Notes under the pieces: generated by a model | Seen by the model: the letters and a program-made list of their open reading frames with translations, nothing else | Told to the model about the DNA's origin: nothing | The model's database searches: none | Source of the DNA: Ptychomitrium polyphyllum | Taxonomy: Eukaryota | Reading direction: 5' to 3' | DNA length: 64,000 nucleotides | Assembly (NCBI GenBank): GCA_973851085.1 | Contig: OZ316775.1 | Location: 15,562,001 to 15,626,000, forward strand | Translations under genes and position numbers: made by a program | Shown here: positions 52,562-64,000 of the stretch, piece after piece | Layout of the letters: every line of letters begins with the position of its first letter | Position numbering within the stretch: position 1 is the first letter of the stretch

Positions 52562-54628
52562 TACGTCCCAATGGCTTCAAAATTGTCCCTCAATGAAACA
52601 TACACTCTGGATAATGTCAGCGGTGTGTCTGCGCAGACAAATTCTGTCCTTGCCCCGCTCTTGTAATCTGGCTGGAGATGGGTATCAACTGAACAAGGTC
52701 CTGACACAAAGCATTGTCAAAGAACCATAAGTAGGTGTATACACTATGCCTCGACTAATAAAACACATTTCATGAAGATGATCCCTACTTTAGAAAGCAA
52801 CTGCCTCAGCAACTTGGAAATTCTAAACAGCAAGCATATTCTAGGATAAATCCAAGGTCACTAGGTCTCCTCTAGAACACTTGCAAGCAATCATTTTTCG
52901 ATTCAATAATTTCCTTCGAACTTGCTGAACTTTTATATGCGCAAATGCGATGTGCGCATATAAATACTTTTATTTACGACACTCTAGGTCATTCCGCAAT
53001 TTTTAATAAAAAGTCACTCGATAGTGAAACGTCGTAGTACCACTTCCAATCAAACATTGCATTTCAACCACTACAGCTTCCTCTCCTATCTGAAGTCGGA
53101 AGAAATCAAGATCCTCAACCACAACAAGAGGCAGGACCTAAAAGAACCTTGCTTTTGACTAAGCACAACAGAAATAAGTATCACGTAGAGCATATGAGCG
53201 TGTGCAGACAATATATTCACATGTAGAAGATGTACATGACGTTGGTGCGCAGTAGTTCTGCAAGGATATAATTTAAATTATGTAACACGTAGGGAACGTC
53301 GAGGCTTGGAATGCATCAACAAAGTCCAACTCCAAGAGAAGGAGAGAAAGAGATGTGCCATTCCATAAGACCAACTATCTCAACCAGTCGCTGCTTTTTT
53401 CTCACTTGACCAATGACAATCACAAACCTCGAAACTTGGAAACACGAAAAAGTAACACAATACTGCTCAACAAACTAAAACTCGCATTGTCTTCCTCTCC
53501 ATTTACTTTGGCACAGTGGAATAAAAGGAATGCAGGTTAAACAACAACGAGTTTATTGTCACCGTCAATCTCCTCAAACTATAAGTTCAATGCTGTCAAG
53601 AAGATACAAAGACAACCAAGCGACTTTTAACCAAGACCTTCAACTCCATGAAGCCAGCTCCTCAAACCGTACAATTAAACAGACAGAACAATAGGACCAG
53701 AAAAAGAAAAACGAACCACGTGGATAAATAACAGAATCCCGACAATTACTAGGAGAAAATATTACATCCACGCCCACCAAACCACCATGGCTACGCAATC
53801 ATATAATCCACAAGCAAACAACGACGCAGCACATATATAGCTAGAACGGTTCACGAAGAAAAGGTGAGCGCCCGTACAAGACAAGGAAGACAGAACTCAA
53901 GTCGCACGGCCTCAAAGTACACTCCTTCCTACCTGCTCCTAATCACGAGAACACCCTCCCCTGCCAAAAAGGATAACCAAAACCGCCGCTACTTACTGCC
54001 GTCTAAAACACGGCAGTCCTTTTAATCCAGGGAAAATCTTTACGGCACTCAACCTCCAAACCTCAAGAGTCCACTACAGCTCGTCAAACCTAAAAATACG
54101 AAAGAAGAAAGAAAGTAAACTCTCAATCAAGCCGGAAACAAAGAAAAGAAGATAAAACACAGAGCAACTCGGTCACTACAATAGGAAAACACATTAAGAA
54201 ACTCGATAAGTTACTCCCGCGCTAATCTCTCCCGAAACTTCTAGCTCACGGCACAGAAATCCAAATCACGGCGTTCAAAAACGAATTCAAACTGCTCCAG
54301 CAACCGAAACTATTCCAAAAACCTCACCGAAGTCGAAAACGCAACGCACCTGGCTCAATCCTTAGAAGACCTTCATGGCACCCAATCTCTAAACCTCTAC
54401 ACCTCCACAAACCTAAAAACACGAAAGAAAAAGAAAGGAAAATTCAGTCCCTACGTACAGTCAAGACACTCCCGCGCGAAGCTCTCCCGAACTTCTAGCT
54501 CACAGCACAGTCATTTACTCCGACACAGCGCCCGGAATCGAATTCAGTACTCCGAAAACTGCGAAAGCTCTCCAAGATTTCGAATGCGACGCACCTGGCC
54601 CGAATCGCGCCGGCCGCAACGACGCCGT

Positions 54629-54887
54629 CACGTGGAGCGCACACTGCGATGGATCCGTGGCGCCGTGCGCGCAAGGGTTTGAGCGACTGCGATCCCCGAC
54701 GCTTGCGGTGCTCTTGTGCCTGCAGATCGTGTGCAGCGGGACAAGCTTCGTTTCTGTTGCGCAATTCCAGAGTGTTGCCGACTTGTTCGTTCCGTTCGCC
54801 TCCACTCAGCCCGCCTAGCTGTCCACCGGGCCGTGACCGGGACTCTGGCACGTGGCGGTAGGGCGCGCAGGGGTGGTCTGACACGTG
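54629..54887. promoter_or_regulatory. Cluster of three G-boxes (CACGTG) in the GC-rich GPCAT promoter region
   Basis: CACGTG at 54629, at 54849 (ACGTGGC ABRE context) and at 54882. Confidence 0.5.
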
Positions 54888-56442
54888 AGATGCCAGCTGG
54901 GTGCCACCCAGGGAGGACGGGCGGTCCTCGTGAAATTGTGATTTTAGTGTTGCGGATGCTATGTTTCAAACAATGGAAATATATTTTTGAAGATTGAAAC
55001 AGGAAAATTTTTAAAATAAAAGAAAAAAATTAAAAATTAAAATTCTAATACTTGATCTTTATTCATGATGAGATTTTTGTCAAAATATGTTCTTAATACT
55101 TTAACTTTCTCATATTTTAGAAGCTTTATAATACTTTAAAGTTTATTAGGATGATGACATTTTTGACATCTGTTTAAAATATTGCATTTTTAGGAAAGAA
55201 AAGTTCCACTTTGATATGGTGAAACTACATTATTCTCACCATTAGATGAAGCTCATGTTATTTTGAACTAAAACATTATTTTACAATTCTTGATGAAAAT
55301 GAGGCAAGTATTGTTTGCATTTTCAACAGAATTGCAAACCCATTTGTTCATTGTACAAAAATAGTTAAAAAAAATGGAGTTACAAATAATTTAGATTTTT
55401 GCAATTCAAGTAATATCATTTAAGTTGTTGCAAAAATGAAGACTTGAAAAATTTACCTTCACAAAAAATCTCATTTTCCTTTCATACGGAATTCTAATAA
55501 TACAATAGGCACAATTTCTTATTTAGCAGTAACATGGATGCAAGAAATAATTAATTTGTAATAAAACATATATAATTTCAATACCATCTATACCATCTAA
55601 AAGTAAAAAAAAAAGAAAATTAATTTCAAAAATATGTAATCAATGGAGTAAATTAAAAGTCTAAACATTTAAACCTTAGTTCAAGAATAAAAGTCATGTG
55701 TTGATTATAATCATTTGCTCATAACTTAGTTGTTTAATAATTTTCTATCTTCTTTTTCAATTATAATTTTACAATAAAATATATCAATGTATTTCAACTC
55801 TATCAACTAAAGTTGAAAGGCCTAGAACAACAGGACTAAGTAGCGCTGAGAAAATTATATAAATAGGTAAACATTTTGGAAAATAAATTTCCAAAATTCG
55901 TTAATTACTCAGGGTGGAGAATTACTGTGACTAACATAAGAATTAGCTCGATGGTGCTTCTCCAGCATGTCTAGGTGGATACTGCAACCGGTTACTGCAG
56001 CTGGGATGGAAGTGGTCAAGAGAGCTGGCATATTCCGGAATCTGGTGGAATAAATGTGAAGTGAGAGCCTGGTATCGAAAGCAAATGGCGAATTATCTCA
56101 GTATATTCCCCCACTTGAGTGATGGGCTTTCCCAAGTGCGACCACGTAGGCAACCCAAGCTGTCGCCTGGATTGGTTGCGGAAGGGCAGGCATATTCTGC
56201 AGCACAACTATCATGTGAGAATTGTACAGGAACGAAACTGGAACATGGGTTCAGAATTCCTCTCTTGCAGGGTCACTAGGGTCCTCAACTGCATCCCGTC
56301 CCAAGGTCAGTTTTGTCAGAATTAACACCAACAATGCTGAAATATTTAATTTTTGGCATTGAGATCACTTCAACAGCATTCAAGGATTTTTTGTACTATG
56401 ACTTTCGTATAGCTCCAATCTACCAGGCAATCCGCTTGCTGA

Positions 56443-56751
56443 CTATGAATGGTCCATTTCAATGACCTTCAGCAGTCTCTCAAAAAATTCCACTTCACAA
56501 GGAATAATCAACCCTCCATCATACTTGTATTCGTACTCCTTTGCTGACCTCTCCAAGAGCCATGAAAGATGTTTCAACACCCCAATCCTGATGACAAACC
56601 GGTGATGGTCTTCACCCACATACACAGCCAAGTGCCCAGGAGGAACATCTTTGGGCACCCATTCATTATCATATCCAACATCCTTCTTACGGCAAATAAC
56701 CCCCTGATTGAACTTTCGTAAGGCCCCTATGATCTTCTTCGCTATGCCCAT
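56443..56751 (-). CDS. SAUR: Small auxin-up RNA (SAUR) family protein
   Basis: Intronless. The SAUR domain reads VPKDVPPGHLAVYVGEDHHRFVI...LLERSAKEYEYKYDGGLIIPCEVEFFERLL. ATG at 56751. Confidence 0.88.
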   Translation of the reverse strand: MGIAKKIIGALRKFNQGVICRKKDVGYDNEWVPKDVPPGHLAVYVGEDHHRFVIRIGVLKHLSWLLERSAKEYEYKYDGGLIIPCEVEFFERLLKVIEMDHS

Positions 56752-57411
56752 TTTTATTGCCTTGCTCTCCACTACAGATAAACTCAATAAAGTAGAACTT
56801 TGTGTACTACAAAGAACAGGAAGAAGGAAAATATAAGCCCCGTACACACTGTGTTATGGCTCAAAATTTTATTGAGTGTGAAATATGTAAAGAGAGTGGT
56901 CATTCGCTATTTGTAGTAAGCAGCACTCGGCCTATAAAGTAAATTGCAATAAAGTAAAATACAAGAAAAGGGAAAGACGTAAAATACGATAATGTAATAC
57001 CGTAGAGTACTGCTCTGTTAGCAAAGTCCAACTCGCAGAGTTCCCACGTTCGCAACACATTCATCTGAGGATTTCGACTCCGGTAGGAAATCATCCACGC
57101 CTAGAAGAATGACAGTCGTCTATAATGGAAATCATTCATCCGGACATTCGACCAAACCCGTTGCTCGGTGTCCAGAGAGGTTTTCGAGAATGCTTGCAGA
57201 ATTCTGTGTAGGGGAGGCTCCGGGCGATCGATCGACGCCGCGCGTATGTGCTTTTGTGCTTGTGGAGCGGATTGCAGCGAGCCTGAGTCGACGGAGGATT
57301 GAAAATTAATCTTTCTAGTGTCACGGGAGCTCGAATGGTGAAGATTTGAGTGTGGTCGAGGTTTACAGGATTTTGAGGAATTAGGGTTCTAGGGATTAGT
57401 TGGCGAGCACG

Positions 57412-57798
57412 ATGATGCTGGGGATGGCTGCGCGAGCGCGGGCGCTGCAAGGTAGCGCTCGGTTGCGCGCTGCGGGGTCTTCAGCGAAGGGTGGATCTGC
57501 GGCGAAGTCGAAGAAGGGGAAGGGGGCTGACGGTCCTGTGGTGCCTGTGGTGGCGAAGGAGTTGCGGGAGAAGGCTGTGTTGGGGGCGAACATTAAGAAG
57601 GACGGTTCTGATCCGCCGATTCTCGTTGATAGCGAGTACCCTGAGTGGTTGAGTGGCTTGCTTACTAAGAAGCCCGCGCTCAGTGAGCTGCAGAGGAAGA
57701 AGCCCGAGACCATGGCTGATGATGAGGTGATTCGGTTGCTGAAGCTGGATAATCGACGTAGGATAAAGGAAAACAATAGTTTGAAAGCTAAGAAGTAA
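57412..57798 (+). CDS. MRPL54: Mitochondrial ribosomal protein mL54 (L37)
   Basis: R/A-rich transit-peptide-like N-terminus. Motifs GANIKKDGSDPPILVDSEYPEWL and LKLDNRRRIKENNSLKAK. Confidence 0.9.
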   Translation: MMLGMAARARALQGSARLRAAGSSAKGGSAAKSKKGKGADGPVVPVVAKELREKAVLGANIKKDGSDPPILVDSEYPEWLSGLLTKKPALSELQRKKPETMADDEVIRLLKLDNRRRIKENNSLKAKK

Positions 57799-60293
57799 AT
57801 GTTTGCAGGCATTGTTGAAGTTTGACCTCAATGCAGGTTATTTTGGCTGTTGCGTTTCGGAAATTGGGATTACATTCACGGCTATTTGAAGTATCCAGGT
57901 TTTGTCCACAACACCGCAGAGGCTGTTTAGAGGTGGTAGTATCATTCCTGATCGGTGCTTTCTGCTTTGGATTTTAGCCCGGATTGCACTGGTCCTTTAA
58001 TCGACTGTTAGTGAATAGGAGCATGATTTTAACGAAGAGGAAGGGCTCTGCAAGGCAGTCCCTAAGCTCGGAATCACATTGCCATACTGTAGTCTATTAT
58101 TGGATAAGATAGTTTATGACAACTCCACATTGGGAGATGATTTGCAGTAGATCTTGGCTCTTGGTCTACTGCTTCAATCGTTACCTGATCCTTTGTATGA
58201 CATTGTTTGCAATCGGTTTCCATTTTGTAGGCGTCGTTAGTAGAGGGTGTTTCACCTGTCTTCTTCTGTCCGAGGGCAGCTTTAGGTCATGAAACTGGTG
58301 CGACCTGTGAATACGCTGTGGCCATTCCCGAGACTCGAAGATGAGTGATTATTCCACTCCATTTTTCTATCCCGGATTTCAATAAGGAGTACTTTCAGGT
58401 ACGAATAGAAGAGGAATATTGGATCATATTTTGGCAGAGATAGGTTCCGAGCTACCTGGGTGTTCTGAGATTCAGTTTCTCGAAGATCGCCTAATTCCTT
58501 GAACGTGAGACACGTTATATTGATGTCTTTATTCAGTTCCTTTTTTGTGCTGCTGTGAGTTTTTGGAAACCATTACCACTGCCTTATCTGAATCTGAATG
58601 GTGGTGTACTACGGAAGTGCATGAGAGTTCATCTAACCCATGGTGACATTCTTCCAAGTTAATGGAACCATGATGATAAACTGGGGAATCGAGCTGCAAA
58701 TCACCTGTGTGTTGTCTATTTGTAGCCAGAAGTTGGCACGTAATTCGGTGCAATTTCATCGGCTACATCGATGAGATCGTTTAACCTAATTACTGGAGGA
58801 GGATTGTTAAGACACCTCGCTTAGCTTACTATGGTATGAGTTCCATATCTGCCTCGGTTTTATGGCAAAGGCTTCTTACTGTAGTGTGTTCTTCGAGCGA
58901 GCCCCAGCAAACATCTCGGAAACAGCTGAGAGTGGGTATTTGGATTGTCTGAAAAATGGGGGATTGATAATTGATATGATCTACAATTTGGAATTAAAAG
59001 ATGAATTTGTGAACGGCATTTAGGTCAGTCGGCTTCTTGTACTCAGTGAAATGACTGAAACTCTGGCTGCTCGTATGGGATATGAGGGGCATTTCACATA
59101 CTCAATTTTTCAATTGGGTTTGTGAAAACTTATCTCATTACAGTCAGACGTCAAGTGCAATCCCATTGTCCCTGGGAAACTCCGAATTGCAGCCGGAGGA
59201 CAAGCCCAGAAGCGCTTCTTCCAGGTCCTTCCATTCCTAGGCTTTTTGATTGAGAGTAGAGAGTTGAATCTTGAGAGGCTGGAGTTGAACGATATTGTCC
59301 ATCAATAAACAAACCGAACGCCAACCCTAAAATCGTCATACAAACTCGCACAAGCTGTTCTGAATCAGGGTTTTTACCATTTAGGTTTTGTTTGACGTAG
59401 TTGCTTAGAAATCGCGAGTGGCGCCCACGGAGTGAGTGCCCTTCTGCACTGACTCGAACTGCCGTTACAGAACTGTGCTTGTGCTCCAAATTTCAACTCG
59501 ACCAAGAATGTGCTTGACAAGTGTGATTGGGAATGCGACTGCCAATAGCATTTTGTTTGATGGGAAGGCTTCAGTACCGAAGTATGATGTGTAGAAGCTG
59601 AGAAAGCTTTTGAGCGTGGCAGCCAGCTAAAGTTGATCATTGAAGTCTTGCCACTGAGAGTTGCTTTCAGATCTCTCTTAATCTGTAAATTTTTGGGGTT
59701 TGGAGGACAAGCGGATCATGTTCCCGGAGCACTGTTAATCTTTTGAAGTTTCTGCATAGAAATTTGAACGCTCCTGGCTAGATTAATTATTTTTTGCCTA
59801 CATTTATGACGCTGGTTTTCCCAGTTTGATTTCTGTTGGTCCCAAAGCCCTAGAAACTTCACGATTGGCAGTGTGTCAAGTTTGGCGAGCCCAGGATAGT
59901 CGTCCCAGGTGCAATATAACCATAAATTTTGAGGGGCTTGCGGCGTAAGTTAGCAAATTCTAATTCAGAAGCGATGCAACTGCGAAATGGTTTCCTTTCA
60001 GCGAGAGTGATGTCTTTTTTGGTTATAACTTAAGCATATCCTCAGTTTATGCCACCCCTTCAAGCACATTCTTATAAAATGGCTCAGCATGTTTGCACGT
60101 TTACAGATTACTTTTTCCTCCCTTTAGTTTTGAGTAACCGATTTCATATCGTCGCAGCTTCAGATTGCTTGAAACTCTGACTTCTGAAAGCTTCTTTATC
60201 GCAGATCGGTAGGCTGTGGACAGTCGTGGACAACGGCGGACACAAACACTTGGTTCAGAGTCCACAAAAAACGGTGCGTCAAGTGCTCTTGGC

Positions 60294-63200
60294 ATGGAGA
60301 TCCTCAAGCCCAACGATTTGCTTATTCCTGCTATTAAAGCAGACGAGATCCAAAGTATGGGCGGTTCAAAGTTGATAGTCTTGGGTTCAGGGTCGTCGAC
60401 TGGTGTACCGAGCCCTCTCTGCTTGATAAACCCCACAGATCCGCCTTGCCACGTCTGCCACATGGCTATGGAGGGACCTCATGAATTGAATCGCAACTAC
60501 AGGTTAGGGCGTCGAACTTGCCTTGACGTGAAATCGAAAGTCCGAACCGTCGAAGAGAACATACAATATTGACAATAAGATTGATATTTTCAGTTTTCAT
60601 TTTCAGACATATATGCATGTATTAGGTCCAAATAGACGTTGATGAGGTCGAGAAATGAAGCTAACGAGAACAGCATGCTTATCTTATAATGGGTTTCCGT
60701 GTAACCTCCATCAGTTTGCCTTGCTGAGAATTTACCTGCTAGTTGTGACTGTACTCTGGGGATCCTCTCTTGGTGCGCGGCGTTTTTTCTTTCTGTAGAT
60801 TTAGGTTTGAGGTAGTTGAGTACCGTATGCATGAGCTTGACTGGGGCAACTGCAAATTAAGGTAAGTGAGAGGTGCATTTGTGCTGCTGGATGGAAAGGT
60901 GCAATCCATCGCTGCTAATCAGCTATATGCATGAGGATGGGCAACGGCGCTATATTCAGATCGATGCTGGAAAAGATTTCAAGGAGCAAGTATTGCGTTG
61001 GTTCTTGCCTCACAAGATTCCGAGACTTGATGCTGTGAGTACATAGGAAGTGCCCTTCTCTTCACGCTTTGCTTTCCGTGTCAAATTATTACTACCCTCA
61101 TCAATCTCTAAGGATTAACATATCGGCTTGGTGGTTCTCATCATGTGGATCTTAGATGAATGCAGCTCATCTTGACACATGAACATGCGGATGCGATGTT
61201 GGGCTTGGATAATGTTCGAGGTGTGCAACCTTTCAATGTGAAGAATGAGATCCCCCCCATGCCAGTGTTTGTTACTCAGCATACTATGGACAGGTGTGCT
61301 TGACTGGATTGTGACGGTGCTGTCTAGGTTTGATTACGCTTCAATAGGAACAGTTTCACTTGATTTAACGGTTGATAATTTACTACGGTTACTATCTACA
61401 GTTATAGTGCGTGTCACAGAAATGGTCTAGCTATTCTATACTGCAGCTTCAGCGACCTGACCTGCCTGTATTCAGAGCATTTAGGGATCTCTGAGTAGGA
61501 GTTTGTCTCTTCATCATCCTGATCAAATTGCATACAGTATGAGGTTTGATACTTATTGCTTGTTTGAGAACCAATCTTACTCCTATTGCAGGATTCATTA
61601 ATACACATAATCCATAACTGTCCGTCTCTGGCTTGTTGTAGTGGTTTCCGAGTTAACTGTCATAAGCAATTTTCATGCAATAGGATTCTGGAAGTACATG
61701 TCCTATTTGTTGTTTGCAACGTGGTCAATTACATAAATGCTTAGTAACACATACATACTTGGTACAGTGCAAAAGCCAAGTTTCCATATTTGACCTCGAA
61801 GAAGAGGAGGGAGGGTGACGAGGTTAGGCGAGTAGCTCAATTCGATTGGCGTATAGTAGAGGCATCGATCGATTATCGATTCGAAGTTGCTGGTCTCACC
61901 TTCACTCCTCTACCTGTACGTACTTCCTCAGAGTTCATAGTTTTCCCTCTTTCTACAGTTTTCGTGCCATAGTTTGCTGTATGGTCTCTGCGCCATTAAA
62001 ATGCTATATTCCAGCAATCTGAGCACATTCCTCATTTACGCAATGTAGTTACCAGTCGTGTTTAAATGTTGTAATTTATATGCAGAATTTAAAAGGATTT
62101 ATGCATTCAACTCAATCGTGCTTGATCTGATCAAAATGTATCAAAGCAGGTGTAGTCTAACAAGATCTAGATTAGAATGTATCCTCTCAGTACTTGCTGG
62201 AAGCAGCCAACCTTCCTCTGCAATAGTATGACTATCAGGTACAAATGGATTAGTAGTTGTAGCGCTAGTAATGTGGTGAGTTTTAACTGCCTATGCAGGT
62301 CTGGCATGGCGAAGATTACATATCTCTTGGGTTTTTATTTGGAGAGAAAACTAGAATTGCCTACATATCTGATGTATCTCGGTTCCCTACTGAGACGGAG
62401 CATGGTACTATCCGCTGGCTTTGCGTTTGGCACTATATCTGTTCCACTATATCTGTTCCGCTCAATTTTATGTATGTTGTCAATAGCTATAGCCTATAGG
62501 TTGTTGTGCTCCTCTGATGTTGCATGTCCTGTTGGTGCTGACAAAAGCTTTTTTCTCTCTTGGGAGGGCTTTGTTACAGTAATATCTAAAGAACATGGTG
62601 GCCAAGTGGACTTGCTTTTCGTGGATACTAATGGTGTGGGGTTACCGTTGGGAATGACTCATCTGGCAGCTATTGCCAAATATGGAGCAGGCCAAGTCGA
62701 TTTACTTTTTTTGGATTCGTTGTATAAGGTGCTAGAAATTCTTCCAAGTCCTTCTTGCTTTAGTGCAGCAAAGTTCAAACTTCGTTGCTTGAAGTACACT
62801 ATTGTTCTGCCTTTGGTACTTTCAGGATTTGTTTCTCAAGTTATTTATAAATGGAGCTTCTGATTTTTCCCTGTACTGACGATTGTCTTGCGTCTAATTT
62901 GTTCAGAAAACCGAACACAACACACATTTGACGTTCCCAGAAGTAATATTTTTTGCACTGATTATGTACTTTTCAATCTATCGTTATGCTACGATGCCCG
63001 AGATATTCCAGTTTCCCATGCACATAGTTGTATTTATCAGTATATTGTTATGACATCTAAGTGTATTTTCTTCGCTACAGCAATCTTGATTCTGGTTCTA
63101 GGGAGGTTCTTACTGAGATGTTGGTTGTTTGTGTGCAGAGTTTGGCCGTGATAAAAAAGTTGCAGCCAAAATGTGCCTTTTTGGTAGGGATGACGCACGA

Positions 63201-63622
63201 GTTTGAACATGGACTGGATACCAAAATACTAGCCGAGTGGTCGTCAAGGTGCTCTTCATATCCATGTCATTTAATGATTTTAGAAGTTATATAATTGATG
63301 TCTAGATTGTTGGTTTATAATGGGTTGCAAGCACATCTTTGGTCATCTTGTTGGTTGTTGCCTTTCTGTCAGAATTCGCTGTCTTCTCAAGTATCAAGAT
63401 GCCTAAAATTAAAACGTAACATGTGGAAGATGATGTGCGTTTGCCATAAAGTGGGGTGATGTTGGCTCAGCAGACTGTTGAATGATATCTGGTAAAGCTG
63501 AGGTTTTAGTTTCTGTGAACTTTACTGATTCGGAAAATCTTGTGTGGATGGTTTGTTGCTGCAGAGAGGGCATTCCTGTGCACCTGGCCTATGACGGTCT
63601 CTGCATTCCTGTTGAATTATGA
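60294..63622 (+). CDS. PhnP-like metallo-beta-lactamase-fold hydrolase
   Basis: Exons at about 60294-60502, 60899-61034, 61166-61292, 61768-61915, 62300-62404, 62670-62728 (or the alternative 62580-62640), 62907-62942, 63140-63248 and 63565-63622. Motifs LGSGSSTGVP, NYRCNPSLLI, IDAGKDFKEQ, ILTHEHADA, VWHGEDY, AYISDVS, HNTH, GMTHEF and AYDGL. Confidence 0.93.
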
Positions 63623-64000
63623 AAGCACCATTTGTAAGAGCCAAATATGTTAGGGGCAAATTTTTATCACTACACATGCATTGCTTTTGTAATTTTAAAG
63701 TGGAATTGAATAAACCACTATAAGTGATAATAGGTGACTGCAATTCAAATTATCATTGTAGTGGTCATATTAATTTAGCCTAGTCATGCTTGCAACACTT
63801 GCTATTGAGTCCAACAGCTGAACAATGCAAATGACTTCTCATGGTGAGAGGATTTATCATAGGCAAATCCTTTGTTCTTTGAGGGATTTGGATACATTTG
63901 TTTTGAATGAATATTAACTCTTTGTTAACTAAATAAACAAACTCAATTTGGCCTCATATTATGGACAAATACATAATGTTATCTTTTGTGTTACTTATTA

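Noticed and set aside
52932..52964. 12-bp inverted repeat in a GPCAT leader intron
   Set aside because: It is too short for a miRNA precursor or MITE and has no TSD or other support.

Overview
Eukaryotic, intron-rich land-plant genomic DNA. The gene set, the GC-rich genes alternating with very AT-rich spacers, and the splice-site style suggest a moss such as Physcomitrium patens, which is an inference. Recognisable genes are an ABC1K atypical kinase (+), an Euonymus-type lectin (-), the cation-chloride cotransporter CCC1 (-), an acidic low-complexity protein with an N-terminal hydrophobic segment (-), ribosomal protein eL42/L36a (+), a DUF1644 zinc-finger-like protein (-), glycerophosphocholine acyltransferase GPCAT (-), a SAUR (-), mitochondrial ribosomal protein mL54 (+) and a PhnP-like metallo-beta-lactamase hydrolase (+). 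The window also holds a proteasome beta-7 (PBG1) pseudogene, a decayed MULE/SWIM transposase, tandem repeats and a 100-N assembly gap. Four observations stand out: (1) tandemly duplicated, probably mutually exclusive exons in the metallo-beta-lactamase gene; (2) two diverged, frameshifted paralogues of an RPA70-like OB-fold gene bracketing an AT-rich island of about 8 kb; (3) an intact intronless orphan ORF of about 360 aa inside that island; (4) a complex GPCAT leader with a duplicated upstream block and a spliced uORF whose stop overlaps the main start (TAATG). Exon boundaries were placed by eye from GT/AG signals and protein continuity. No database searches were run.
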